A program made the position numbers and the translations under genes. The notes below the pieces were generated by a model that was not told the origin of the DNA, ran no database searches, and saw only the letters and a program-made list of their open reading frames with translations. This document shows, piece after piece, positions 17,670 through 33,313 of a DNA stretch of 55,257 bases; position 1 is the first letter of the stretch, and every line of letters starts with the position of its first letter. Origin of the DNA: Neoconidiobolus thromboides FSU 785 (Eukaryota > Fungi > Entomophthoromycota); contig MU626395.1 in NCBI GenBank assembly GCA_025603075.1, positions 1-55,257 on the forward strand, written 5' to 3'.

Positions 17670-17839
17670 TTTGACTTTTAACATACAAACTAACATCATT
17701 ATATATTTTAATGCCAATTTCATTGAGAAGTTAATAAAATTTAAATAAAAGTAAGAATAAAATAAAATTTATAATTTTATTTGATGTTAATATAATATTC
17801 ATTATTTTTATTATGCTTATATTATAAGATAATATTGAG

Positions 17840-20800
17840 TTATAAGAAATCTTTCATTAAAGCTGGAAATCGAACAGCGTTTGATGAACCATCATTAAAT
17901 CGATACCATGCTTTTGTTTTGTTCTTTTTAGTTATATCCTTTTCTTTAGTTTGATTAATAACTAAATAATTTTATTTAATCAAAATAGTAAATCAATCTA
18001 TTAATCTTTTACTTTTTGGTTTCATAAATTTTGCAAATGGATCTTCTCTAATTTTACGTTTTTTCATTGAGATTACTTCTTTATTTCTTATAATACTTCT
18101 ATAAATACTAGTTAATAAATATATATAAGAATAAGTTAGTTTGTTTACTCTGGAACTTTAGTTATAATAGTTGATCCTTGTCCAATTAGTTTTGGTTCTT
18201 TTTTATTTAGTGAAATTTTTTCCAACTATTAATTATTATTTAATAATACTATATAATATATATAATATAGTATTAATTACTTCTTGTGAGATGAATTGAA
18301 TAACTTCATATCTCATCTTTTTATTCTTGAAACTTAAAATATCGTTCAACTCCATGTTTGTAACCGAATCAATTGGTCTAATAAATAAATAAAATATAAA
18401 GTATAAAGTATAATAATATTATTACGGATCTAAAATATAGTGGTATTTTCCTTCTTCATCTTTTTGTTGTATAAATCTGAGATTGAGCCGTGACATTTTA
18501 GTTGTCATTTTATTTATGATCTCTTTTTCATTTGGTTTTAAATTGGATATATTAATTTGAAATAAATCAGGATTAAGAATGATTTGAATAATACTTGTAA
18601 AATAAGTTTTAACATCATTCAATTGAACATAATCTCGCATTTTTAAATTCAATCCATTATAAAAGTTGGTTAAAATACTTTTGTTCTTATTTAATGTTTC
18701 TCGAAGCTAAATAATTAATTGATGCTGATATAGATTACATGTTGTTTTACCTTTTTTTCTGCTCTAGGAAATTCCATTTTACCGCAAACAGCAGAAGCAA
18801 ATAAAGGATGAAAAGAGACTAACATATGTGGGATATAGCATGATAATTCACTTTGTTGTCGGGTATGAATACGTAAATTTAAGTTATCATACATCATCAT
18901 ATATTCACTTGCTTGTGTTACTCTATCTAAATAAATATCCAAACTTCTAGATTTTAAATAATTCTCAAAACAACCTAGCAAAATATTGTTAGTATACTTG
19001 ATTTCAATATATAATTGTAAATATTACCTTCAAATATTATATTATAGCTGCCATGTGTATTTAACATTGATACTAAATGAGAGCAGTAGATGCTTTGAGT
19101 ATTTACTATCAAAGTTATATAAATGAATAAATGAATAAATGAATAAATGAATAAATGAATTTATGACTTATCTATATGAATTTTACCTGTTTTTATTTCA
19201 TCACTATTCAATGCTCTTTTATTAATGAGTTCTGTCCTTGAAGCAGGAAATTTAAAAATAGAATCCCATATAGTGAACAACGAATTTGGAGAATCTTTTT
19301 GCCCTGAATAGCTTTGTGATACTAATTCATACGTAATTTTACGATCATAGGTTTCGCTAAAGTACTAATAATAAAGTAAATTAGGATAAATGAATGAAGA
19401 GGGTACTTTCTATTACTTGAAGCATATTTATAGCTGCCCTTGTATCACAATCAACAATCTCACATAATTTATTCAAAGTCATGTGATTACATTCTAATTT
19501 TTCATATTTGCAAATAAGTTTTAAGTGATTCACTAGTTCATAGGATGGTAATTTTTTAAATTGGATTATCTTACAATGTTGGCGAAGGTTACGTAAAGCA
19601 GGAGTAAATCTATAAATAAATAAATGAATACAATATATTTTTCTTAAAAACAACTTACTCTTCGTTACAAATACAAATAATCGGTCTTTTCAATTCCTTT
19701 TTTTTACTTTTACTCGATTTGTTATCACCTTAATTAAATTATTAAAAATTTTAAATTAAAACAAGTTATTTACTCTGATCTCCTATTAATTTTATTAGCA
19801 TGTTGATAAAATTCTAATTATAAACGTTAGTATATATAAACAATATTTCTATTAATAAAATTTACATCTCCTCCACCAGAAGTAGATACACCATCTATTT
19901 CATCAATGACTATTAAATTTGGTCTTTTTTCCTTAAACATAGATCTCATTTCTATAGCTGAGGTAATTTTTTCTTTTACTGTATTGGAAGTACGATCATC
20001 ACTATATATTGGTAATTTATATTCTTGTTATACTCCAAATAGTCATTACCTTGCATTTATTTCAATAATATTATAGCCGCAATGATTCCCTATTACATGT
20101 GCTAGACTGGTTTTTCCCAACCCGGGTGGACCAGTAAGTAGTAATAATTTATGTTCAGGTCTTTTAAGAGTATCAATATACTTTTATATTAAATAAATTA
20201 AAATTGAGCTGAATAGTTATAAAATATTACATTTTCGCTATCATAACCGGTATTATCTTTTACATTGCTTTTGCCTGCATCTGATTTCCCAAATACACAA
20301 AAATCCCAACTTTTTAACCAGTCTAATGCTTCTAAATTGACTTGCTAAATAAACAAATTAATACAAATACTAAGACTTATAAAGCTTTACTTCATTTCCT
20401 ACTAAATGCATGAATTTAGTGGGTCGGTATTTATCTACCCATAGTTCTTTATTTTGAGTCATTTCTCTTTTTGAGTTTGCTTTCAGCTTATTCCTATTTA
20501 TATGAGTACATTTAAAACTTTACTAGTGACTGTTTACTTCAAGTTTGAGTTCATTTCTCTTGCTTTCTATTTTTGAGTTAGTATTTATGTTATTTAAACT
20601 TCATTAGTTACTTCATCTTCGATCTTATCCAATATGTTATAGATTGAAGTTGATAATAGACCTTGCTTAGTAGATGCTTCTCTTTTTTGGATAGACTAAT
20701 ATAACCTATAAACATTATAATTTATATTGCATACTAATAATATTTACTGAATTAAATCTTAATGTTGATTCCGATCTTCTAGGAATATTTAATATAGCCC

Positions 20801-21107
20801 CATTTGAATTAGTTGCAATAACAAATCTTCCATAAATATTTGGATCGTAATAATTTATTATGCTTTTGCTATCGTTGTTTTGTTCAATAGTACTAATTTT
20901 ACTATGGCTACTATCCCTTAATTTTTTATTAGTATGATTTATTTCATCTTTGGTTGATGAAAACTTAAAAGCTTTATTTAACTCTTCTTTATCACTAATA
21001 TTTTCTAAGGGATCCCTCGATTTTGTATTATCATTGATCTCCATTTCATCGTCTATATAATATTTCTCCATCATTTCCATTTCATCAAATATATCAAAGT
21101 CTTCCAT
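17840..21107 (-). CDS. CTF18: Chromosome transmission fidelity protein 18 (RFC-like AAA+ ATPase), multi-exon
   Basis: LWVDKYRP (RFC box II); LDWLKSWDFCVFG; LLLTGPPGLGKTSLAHV; EINAS; IVIDEIDG; CDTRAAINMLQ; C-terminal WYRFNDGSSNAVR. Confidence 0.92.
19119..19160. repeat. (ATAAATGA)n microsatellite inside a CTF18 intron
   Basis: About 5 consecutive ATAAATGA units. Confidence 0.85.
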
Positions 21108-22046
21108 CTATTTATATCTTTTATAAAACAAAAAAAGAAATATTTTATTCGACTATATTTTAGTAATATGAGTCAAGACGCGGACATAATAAAAATAAAA
21201 CAATAACGCAATAAACGCGCTAACAATTGAAGTTTATTGGTTAGAGAAAGAAAACAATTTTTGTAAAAATATTATTAATTAACATATATTTGAACATGTA
21301 AATCACTATGAACACACGAACCATCTGTCCAATTAGCAATACCTATCAAAAAATTGCTAGTAATTCAGCAGATGCTTCACATGCTTATAGTAGTTCACAT
21401 CTCCAACTTTACGTTAGTTTTTGTGACAATGTAATGATGTAGAGATATCATGGAAGCGTAAATTACTTTAGAATAGGCTTTAATGCAACATGATTGAAAG
21501 GTTTGAATTCAATACTTTTTGCTTTAAGTTTTAGTATATAAGGATGCCTTTTTTGATTTTATTTATCTTTTCCCTTTTTAAACGTCACTGAGTGGAAAAA
21601 TTATTAATAAAATCTTCAAAAAAAAGCATGCTTATATAAAATATTTATAATAAAATATATTTTTCTATACGTAAAGTTTTCTTATAATGTAGTTTACAAA
21701 CCATTGATGGGAAAATAGAATTGTTCAAACATTCATAGTCAATAAACTACTGCCCCTTTGATGAGTACAGTTTTCAGTTATATAAGAAATAGAGTTTTTA
21801 AACAAGAATCTTTGTATATTTAATTTGATTTATTAGTGGTATGTTTATTATTTATCAAGGCAATTAATGGTTTCATTAGTAACTTTTCTTAAATTTTAAT
21901 TTTATTAAAAATTTTTACTTTTAAAATCTTGAATTCATTCATTTTGAATAAAATCATATTATGTCATTCCATGAGAATAGTTTTGAACATCAATAAAATT
22001 CATTAAAAAACATTCAAGCAATCATAGCAGTTACTTTTTAAACGAA

Positions 22047-23600
22047 ATGGAAGATATACCTGAGCTAGTATTAATAGAAGAAAAGAAAAGTGAAGTACAA
22101 AACATAAATGAAACGGGTATAAAAGGTAAAATACCAATAACTATTGTTACTGGATACCTTGGATCTGGAAAAACTACATTGTTAAATTATGTATTAACTC
22201 AACCCCATGGTAAAAAAATCGCAGTTATATTAAACGAATTTGGAGAAAGTAAGTTCAAAATTCAAGAGAAGCAAAGCTTACAAATTAAAATTTTAGGCTC
22301 TGGAATAGAGAGGAATACTTTAGAAAAAGAAGAAAGAAGTGGTGATTGGTTTGAAGAATGGCTTGAATTCAGAAATGGATGCTTATGCTGCTCTGTAAAG
22401 TAATTGTTGTTTGAATTTAATAAGAAGTATATTAATTTCGTTAAAAAGAGATGCTGGAGTAAAGGCAATCGAAAATCTTCTAGAGAAAAACTCTTCGTTT
22501 GATTATGTCATACTTGAAACGACAGGTACTTTTTGCTGTTATTTAGCGTAAATTAAGTTTATTTTTCTTTTTAAAATTACTAGGTTTAGCAGATCCAGGT
22601 AAGTCATTGTTAAAGATTCTTTTAATTTAAACTCATTGGAATAGGCCCAATTATTTCAATGTTTTGGTTAGATGAACAATTAGAATCTAATATTGAACTT
22701 GATGGTGTTGTTACCTTAGTCGATGCAAAATATGGTATAAAAGTAATTTGATTTATAATACAAAATTGGAACAAATAATATATTATTTATTATAGAATAT
22801 TGAAGAATTGAGAGAAGATGGCTCAATTAATGAAGCTTCAAGGTACATTATTTGAGCTTATTTTACTTAAATGATAACAAAAATAGACAAATAGCTTTAG
22901 CCGATCGTATTATTATTAATAAGATAGACTTAGTCAATGGTGAAGAATTAAGTACTTTAAAAGATAAAATCAAGTAACTAAGCATCTAAAATAATATTAG
23001 TATTTATTAATATTCTTAGGCAAATTAATTCTTCAGCAACTATTGTAACAAGTGAAAGATCAAAGTAAATAAACGATCTTTTAGTTAAAATTGTAAGTAC
23101 TAATTTTATTCTTAGAGTCGATTTAGCAAATGTATTAAACCTCAGTGCATATAAAGCTTCTCGTTTTGATCTTTCCACCCTTGAAGGTTGGAAAGATTTA
23201 CCTTCCCATTCTAGCAATGTTAAAGAAGTAATAAATTGTAATTTCATATTTAGCTTTAATTAATTATATTTAGTCAATAACAACTGTCACCATTCCACTT
23301 GATAATATAAAGAGCATTGATGTAAGTAAAGTAGAAAAATGGATTCAAAGTTTGTTATGGGAGCAGGAAGTACCACCTTATGATAATAATTCAGCTATTG
23401 ATAATAATTTTGAAATATTAAGATTAAAGGGAATTTTTTACACAAATGACAAAACTTTTGTGATTCAAGGAGTACAACAGCTATATGAAATACAAGAAAT
23501 AAGTAAAGATGAAGATATTCAAAAGTCACGTATCATATTAATTGGTAGAAGATTACCAAAACAATCTATTTTAGATTCTATATTTTGGAATTTGACTTAA
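22047..23600 (+). CDS. ZNG1: COG0523/CobW-family Zn-chaperone GTPase (ZNG1/CBWD), multi-exon
   Basis: [19 protein letters not shown] (Walker A); ILNEFGE; NGCLCCSVK (CxCC); LETTGLADPG; NKIDL; C-terminal RLKGIF...QGVQQLYE; N-terminal PELV motif. Confidence 0.92.
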
Positions 23601-23661
23601 AGTCTATTCAATAAAATTTATATTTAAAAATTTTACTTATTTTATTTTATTTCTTATAAAT

Positions 23662-24596
23662 CTATTCTTCTTCTAATGACTTTTTTACTATCTCTTCTTT
23701 CTCAGCTAGTTTATTCTTTTGTATTTCTAATCCTTCTAAGCGTTTTCTATTTCTTCTTTCTTCTTTACTTTCATACTCTTTCTTATTTTTTGATTTGGTA
23801 TTAAATAAGTTTTTCTCAAGAGCCAATTTATATCTCTTCATATGATCAAAGTTCAAGTCAAATCTATGGTTACCTATTCTTAATAACATAGTAAGATAAG
23901 CTGGTGTGACCAAAAGTTCTGCCTTTAAAGTCCCATCTTCATTTTCTTCAGTAACTCTAGCTATTGGGACATCTAATTTTGCTGCGCTTCTTATACCAAC
24001 TAAGCATCTTCCTTTATTACTTAATATTAACCCAGAGTTTCTAAACCCTAAAGCTAAGCTAGTTTCTAATAACTCTTTTCCGCTTGATGTATCACGGGCT
24101 TGTACGTGAAGTACCTAACTATTTTAGTCATATCAAACAATGGAGCTAATAAACTTACCATAGGTTCAAATTTGAACCATACAAATCTTGATTTAAGACA
24201 ACGTGAAATTTCGTATTCTTTGTTTGGGTTATCTACTAATTTTACGTTAGGTAATAAAAGTTCAATCGATTGTGAGTCCTGTTTGATTTGTTCCATATCA
24301 ATTTTATCGTGCGTAACCATAAGCCAATACCCCCCACCTTTAGGAGTCGTCCCACTTAAATCAGCTTCTTCAGAAGAATCGGCTGTAACAATAGGGTCAC
24401 AGTAAATTGCAATTCTACCAGAACAAGAAGAGGTAGTAACATAGTCTTTATGAGAGTTTAAGACATCCATAATTGGAAGTATAGGGATGTCTACTGACCC
24501 TTTTGGACTGAGATCTGTTTCATCTGGTATCGATAAATCATGTAAGATTTTGCTTTTTTTCTGGTTAAAATTTGTATCTTCTCCTACTGTATTCAT
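23662..24596 (-). CDS. TYW3: tRNA wybutosine-synthesizing protein 3 (methyltransferase), one intron near 24110-24160
   Basis: DLSPKGSVDIPI...NSHKDYVTTSSCSGRI; FKFEP; GFRNSG; VGIRSAAKLDVPI; RFDLN. Confidence 0.92.
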
Positions 24597-24777
24597 TTTA
24601 AAAGTAGAACTTAAAATTAAGTGAACTTTAAAATAAATTTAGTAGGAAGTTAAATAGAATATTATTTGGTAAAAATTATTACTTTAATTAAAAAAGTAAA
24701 TATCGAAAATAGTACTTAAAAGTATTTCTATTAAATTTGGAATAATTCTAATATTAAATTTATTGTTTTAAATCATT

Positions 24778-26279
<1,502 letters not shown>

Positions 26280-26406
26280 GTTTATAACCTTGTAAATTAG
26301 TTAGATATTATTTGATTTTAATTTTGATTTTAAAATACCTTCGAATAAACGATAAAAGATATTACTATTTTGAAAAAAAATTACTTTTCTACTAACAAGT
26401 TTGTTT

Positions 26407-26522
26407 ATTGGCTAAAGTTGGATTGGAAGTAAAAATAGGCGTCCTTCATTGGCTATTTTCGAAAATTTAATTAGCCAATTAAAATGAATTTATTACTGTC
26501 CCATATATTATCTATAACCAAT
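26407..26522. promoter_or_regulatory. Cluster of five CCAAT/ATTGG boxes upstream of IDH2
   Basis: ATTGG at 26407, 26422 and 26448; CCAAT at 26475 and 26518; all 130-245 bp upstream of the IDH2 ATG. Confidence 0.6.
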
Positions 26523-28106
26523 GAATTTAAATTATTTAAACAAGAGTTTACCCTCTCTATCAGATACATTATTAAAGAATGATCACAGTTATGATCAGAT
26601 AATACTAGGATGAAAACTAATTCCTTAATAAAAAGAACAGGGATGATACAGGTAATTTAAACTGTAATTAGAGTTTATAAAGTAAAACTTTAATTTATGT
26701 GTAACCTCTAATAGCTATGAATTTTATTCAGAGGCAAAATAAGTTAGAGAATAGTCCTCAATATCGATAATATTATCCAAGCTAAATGAGCTAGATTTAT
26801 CTATTTTTATCATCATTTGTAATATAAGGATAAAATGCAATGTATTAACCAAGATTACTAAGTAAATTATATTGGTAAAATAAAAAATCTTACTTTTATT
26901 GAAATATTTTAATCAATCTTAATAGTTGAATAATTTAAATAAAACATGATTATGAGTAGTATTAGAAAAAACATCTTTATATATACTAGAACTATTATAA
27001 GTAATTACATAATTTTATTAATAAAACTTTATAAGTAACAAATTTGTTTTTAGCTATTAAAAAAAATTAAGCCAAAGCTGCATTTAAAGTTAACTATAAT
27101 AAAAGTGGTACATCAACATTTAATAAAAAGGAATATTAAACATAAAAACTATTAAAAGTAAAATATAATAATAACTGATTGGAATTTTAAAACAAACAAT
27201 TAAAAAAAATAGTTTAATTTATGTATGCTTTGAACATTTTTCATATTTGAGTCAAAAAAGGAATCATAGTTATATATTCTATATATTAATAAAATACTAT
27301 CCAACTTTAGCTATTATATGAAATATAAATTTATAAAAATATTATAAATTATGTACTATTATATTATTACTATTTTTTACAGTATTAATGTTTCTTCATA
27401 TCTCCTGTCCTTAAGTACCTATAGCAATATAGAATTAAGCTTTGATAAATACTTATTATAAAGATAATACTTTTATCTGCTTAAGGTTTTCTGTATTGAT
27501 TTTAAACAAGATTCAAAACTAAATATATCAAATTAATAAAAACTAAATATGTTTGGATAATTGCAAGTTAATCTATTTGATAAAAAACTTGTCTATTTAT
27601 AGTTGCACAGGTAAATAGGAGTGCTATTTAAGCTTAATCAAAAAAATAAAGATAATGATAGGATAAAATAATAACTTTTTAGTTAAAATTGTATGCCAGC
27701 AAAAATTAAACACTGACCAAGCCAAAAAATAAAGTCTAGTTATTAAATTCGGTTGGATTGTGAGTGCTTAATTCTACCTGCTATCAGTAATCTAAACTAA
27801 GTACTAAAAATTCTCACATTCTTTATTTTGAACTTTAAAGAGTTTGTAGTCTAAAAGAACATATAAATAAAAGACTGTTTATTCATATATATATATAACA
27901 TCCCAATGGCAAAAACATGTTAAATCTTGGATTGTTAAAAAATAGTTTTATGACTCATCTAGCATTAATTTAAGACTTCTATAAACAATAAATTAAAGTT
28001 AAATAATATTTTAAATCCAAATTTAGTAATTTTATAAGGATTCCTAGACTAAAGCTCAGAAATTCAAAAAATCTTTTTTCATCTTTTGAATAAAATATTA
28101 AATAAT

Positions 28107-30255
28107 ATGGATGCCTTCTTTTTGTTATCATCCGGCGCTAAATTTGATAAAAAGAGATTTAAGAAAGAAATAAATTTAATAAATGTAAATAGCATCAGCT
28201 TAATCTAATTCTTATTAATCCTTTTTTTAATAGTCGAAGGAGGATAGCGAAATAAAAAAAGGAGATGAATTACTGAGAGATAATGCTTTACCGAAAGAAT
28301 TGGATTTTTTCAATGATGAGAAACTAATAGAAAACGAGAACTCTAAGGTTAGCACCAAAGTGGGAATGATTATAGAGGAAGGTAAATATTATTATCACAT
28401 CTATTAATCATAGCTCAGATTATTGCTATTAGAAGCAGAACCTATAAAAAACAAAACTGAAGCCGCACAGTTTCGAAATAAAAACAGAATTAAAGTTTAT
28501 GGTACAGATGTACCTTACCCTATTCAATCATTTTCAGAATTGCTAAACAGGTAAAAAATATACTTAAATGTACAGCAATTAATATAAAAATATAAAAATG
28601 TAAAATAGGGAAAAGATGACAAGAAACTTAAAAAGAAGCATCAAGAGTTTACCATACAAAGATATAACACCAATTCAAATACAAGCAATTCCTGTTATCC
28701 TTGCAGTAATAATTAAATAAATTTTTAACTTCAATAAACTAATTTTTAGTCTCGCGATTTACTCGCATGTGCTCCAACTGGAACTGGAAAAACAATGGCA
28801 TTTGCGATCCCTACACTTCAATTATTAGGAGCTCCAAGCAAAGAAGGTTATAGAGCAATAGTAATATCGCCAACTAGAGAGTTAGCTCGCCAAGTAATTT
28901 TTTAAGCTCAGTTTTAGAATAAATTACTTATTTTTTAGATTCAAAACCAATTTTTGAGATTAGCTGAAGGAACAAAGTTTAAAATTCAATTACTAACAAA
29001 AGCAACCGCATCCTCATTCAATCAGCCTGAGAAATCAAAACCAAAATTTGATGTATTAGTGACTACACCGTTACGCTTAGTAAAAGCTATTAAGGAAGAA
29101 AAAGTTGATTTGAGCAAGTAAAATTAGTTAAAATTAATTTTTAATCAATAGTAACATAATATTATTAGAGTTATACAATTAGTTTTTGATGAAGCAGACA
29201 AGCTGTTTGAAATGAATTTTATTGAGCAAATTGATGAAATAATTGCTGCATGTACATCACCTGAGTTACGTAAAGCTATGTTTTCTGCAACTATACCCGC
29301 AGGAGTAGAAAAATTAGCCACGACAATTATGCATGATGCTGTACGTATAGTTGTTGGAAATAAGTATGCCTTTTTTAATTCGATTATACTCTACTAATAT
29401 TTTTTAAAGAGATGGGGCAACAGAAATTATCGATCAAAAGCTTGTGTATTGTGGTCAAGAAAATGGGAAGTTAATCGCATTAAGACGCCTGATTAAAGAA
29501 GGAATTGAGCCACCAGCATTGATATTCGTTCAATCTGTTGAAAGAGCCAAGCAGTTATACAAAGAATTAGCCTATGACAATATTCACTTGGATGTAATAC
29601 ATGCAGAAAAAACACAAAGTCAAGTAATGAATTACATTATAATACGACAGTAATACTTATATCTTTTAGCGTGATACAATTATCTCTAGATTTAGAAAAG
29701 GAGAAATTTGGGTATTAATATGTACTGATTTAATGGGTAGAGGATTAGATTTCAAAGGAGTTAATTTAGTAATAAACTATGATTTCCCTCAGACTATTCA
29801 GTCATATGTGCACAGAATCGGGAGAACCGGAAGAGCAGGAAGAACTGGAAAGGCAGTTACCTATTTTACTGATATTGATGCAGAATATTTAAGAAGGTAA
29901 TTAATTTATATTTAAATTGTATCGATCTAAAAAAAACTAGTGTTGCGAATGTGATGAAATCATCAGGATGCGAAGTACCAGAATGGATGCTCCAATTAAA
30001 AAAGGCTAGGTAAATGAATATAAACAAATTAATATTGATGAATCTAAAATAACCTTAAATTTAGTAAAAATGATAGAATAAAAATGAAGCATGTTGCTTT
30101 AAAAAGAGATGACATTTCTGGTCAAAGTACTTTTGACAGAAGAGCCAAAGCTAAAAAGAGGTAATTTATAGTATAATAAAGGAAAATAAATGCTAAAACA
30201 AACAATTTCCAGAAACATTATAAAGAACTCAAAAGAGACAAACCCAGAAAAGTAA
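28107..30255 (+). CDS. ROK1: DEAD-box RNA helicase Rok1/DDX52, multi-exon
   Basis: [18 protein letters not shown]; TPIQIQAIP; CAPTGTGKT; PTRELA; DEAD in [10 protein letters not shown]; FSAT; [13 protein letters not shown]; [11 protein letters not shown]. Confidence 0.93.
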
Positions 30256-30566
30256 ATTATTTTAGAAAATAAACATAGAATAAACGTAAATTGTTTTTTT
30301 AACTATGAAAATAATTATTTCGATGCTTTTTATAAACATTTGCATTCTTTTATTATTATATCTTCGACTATAAATCAACCAAATTTCATTTATGTAGTTT
30401 TTAATTATTTATAAAAGTTAAAATGTTATTCTTATAGATCAATATTAATTAGAGGAAATATTTAAAATTTAAGTTAAATGTAAATTAATTATTACTATAC
30501 TTGTTGTAATCTAAGAATATATATAAAATATATGAATAGCTAAGGTATAAAGGCTATAATCTGCTA

Positions 30567-30670
30567 TATGAGGATGGCTTTTTAGTTTCATTACTTTTTC
30601 CACCTTTTAAGCGTTATTTGAGTGGAAACATTGTTAGTAAAATTGTTAAGCAAAAAAATACATGCCCATA
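30567..30670 (-). mobile_element. MITE-like TIR element copy (inverted)
   Basis: TATGAGGATGGCTTTT...TTTTAAGCGTTATTTGAGTGGAAA...AAAAAATACATGCCCATA. Confidence 0.85.
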
Positions 30671-30777
30671 TCATCTCTATTTGTATATTTTAAAAAAATA
30701 AAATTAGATTTTAATTGAAAATACTAAATTTGACTATTTTCATTTCCTAAATATTTTAAGTAAAAGTTTAAACTTCA

Positions 30778-30805
30778 TTTTGATTTTGATTTTGATTTTG
30801 ATTTT
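30778..30805. repeat. (TTTTGA)n microsatellite
   Basis: ttttgattttgattttgattttgatttt. Confidence 0.85.
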
Positions 30806-30964
30806 ATTTAAAGATATTAATTATATAACTAGTTTATTAATATATAAATTTTATTAACTTTTAAAGTTAATCCAACATTTGAAAATTGAAGCAATAGTTA
30901 TATTCATACATTTATTAAAAAGTAGTGAATCCCCAACAACACTAATCCCCAAAATGAGATTCAT

Positions 30965-31177
30965 CCAATAATACAACCAAATTTTGATCACTTGACTGAT
31001 TTGAAAATATTTGACCAATCGGTTAATTGTAAGTTACTAAGTCAAAAATAATTGGTCTAATTGTTTCAATTCATTTAATTTCCATATTAGATAATAATAT
31101 CCTAATTTCATGTCTTTAAGTAGCTAAACATCCAATCAGATTCTTATAAATAGATGGAGTAACGTAGCTTACCCAAT
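30965..31177. promoter_or_regulatory. CCAAT-box cluster plus TATA-like TATAAATA upstream of GSK3
   Basis: CCAAT at 30965, 31015, 31132 and 31173; ATTGG at 31051; TATAAATA at ~31145. Confidence 0.55.
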
Positions 31178-31331
31178 CTACTAAAAACCGTCACCTCAGA
31201 TCAGAATTAACATATTTTAACAATTTTTAAATTACTCTAATAATTCATTAAACAACTTACATTAAGGTTATCAAAAAGATTTTAAAATAAAGCACATTTG
31301 TATATATTCCTTTTAAAAGCAAATTTTCATA

Positions 31332-32844
31332 ATGTCTTCCCTCAATTCCGGCTCCTCTAGAATTAATAATGGTAATAAAATATAATCCGTTTTTATACTA
31401 AAACTGACCTTGAAAGGGATGGTGACCTCTCCTTATGTAGTGAAAGTTAATGTCCATTCTAAAGCAGGAGAAAGCTTTGAACTCTCATATAATAAAACCG
31501 CAGCTGTTGGTAACGGTTCATTTGGAGTTGTTTATCATGCACGTATTTCTGAAACAAACGAAGAAGTGGCAATTAAGAAAGTATTACAAGACAAGCGCTT
31601 TAAGGTAACTTTTATCAAAAGATATTTTAAAATAATCTTAGATCCGTAGAATCGTGAACTACAAATCATGCGACTTATAAATCATCCTAACATTGTTGAC
31701 TTAAAATATTATTTTTATACCAACGGCAAAAAAGTAAACTTAAGAGCTAACCTTTTACTACTTTATTTTTAACTATTCAAATAGAAAGATGAAATTTATT
31801 TGAGCTTGATCCTTGAGTTTATGCCTGAAACTATTTATCGCGCCTCGAGGAACTTTGTTAGAGCTAGAGAACTTATGCCACTTATCCTTGTGAAGCTTTA
31901 TACTTATCAAATTGTTAGATCATTGATTTATATACATAGTATGGGTATCTGTCATCGTGATATTAAACCACAAAATATTCTTTTGGATGCAAAAAGCGGG
32001 GTTTTGAAATTATGTGATTTTGGAAGGTACTTTAGTATACAAATTAAAGAATTAATATTAATATTTAGTGCTAAAGTACTTACTAAAGGTGAACCCAATG
32101 TAGCATATATATGCTCTCGTTACTATCGTGCCCCTGAACTGGTTTTTGGAGCAACAGCTTACACTACTAAGATAGGTAATAAAATGATTAAATTAATAAA
32201 TTAATAAATTTAGTAAATTTTATTAGATGTATGGTCAACCGGTTGTGTTATGGCAGAGTTAATGCTTGGACGCCCCTTATTCCCTGGTGATACTGGTTTA
32301 GATCAATTAATTGAAATTATAAAAGTCCTTGGAACTCCAACCCATGAACAAGTAATGGCAATGAATCCAAATTATTTGGAACATCGATTCCCACAAATCC
32401 AACGTAAACCATTTTCAAGGGTAAAGTGATATATAGATATAAAATATTATACTTATATATATAGGTGCTTTCCAATTATCCTAATGCCAATTTGGCATTT
32501 GATTTGTTGGAAAAAATGCTCGTTTATGATCCAAAGGAACGTATTTCTGCTGTTGAAGCATTAGCACATCCATTTTTTGATGAACTTCGTCAACCTGATT
32601 TAAAACTTCCAACTGGAACTGCAATACCCAATTTGTTTAATTTTACGGCACAAGGTATAATCCATGACTAAATTTTATTAAATATATACTAATATTATTA
32701 GAACTTTCGGTTCAACCTGAATTAATAAGTAAGATTGTCCCATCTTATGCTGAACAAAGTGTGCTTCGTTCCTTAGGAATAAGTGATTTTTCTCAATTTC
32801 AGCCAATTCCACACCAACAAATGCGTGTTGCTTCTTTAGGTTAA
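31332..32844 (+). CDS. GSK3: Glycogen synthase kinase-3 family kinase, multi-exon
   Basis: [10 protein letters not shown]; [21 protein letters not shown]; [11 protein letters not shown]; CDFGSAK; [13 protein letters not shown]; [15 protein letters not shown]. Confidence 0.96.
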
Positions 32845-33313
32845 ATCTAATATATAATTAACTTATTTTAACCTAATTTAAAATAACCTTAATTTCGGGT
32901 TATGTTTTCCTCAACTTTTTTATATTCCTTAGAGCCATTTAAATTTGGTATTATATATTTTAATATCATCATATAATTGTGGATCATAAACTTTAAAAAA
33001 TTTACTATTTATTATTTTATTTTTATTTATTTATACTATTTATAATACTATTATTAATAAATTGACTTTAGTATTGAAACTTTATGCATAGAAACTTAGA
33101 GTTTTTTAGAATTCAAACTACATTTGTAATTCTATTTACATCAATCACATCAAACTAAATTATAGATCATACTACTTCATAAATTTTAATTAGAGTATAC
33201 TTAATATTAATTTTTATGTTAAACAAAAAGTCTACTCATTTGATTTTTATTAATTTACACATAAAAATCTATTCCTTTTTTATGCTATTTTTTGTCGTTA
33301 ATATAATAATATA

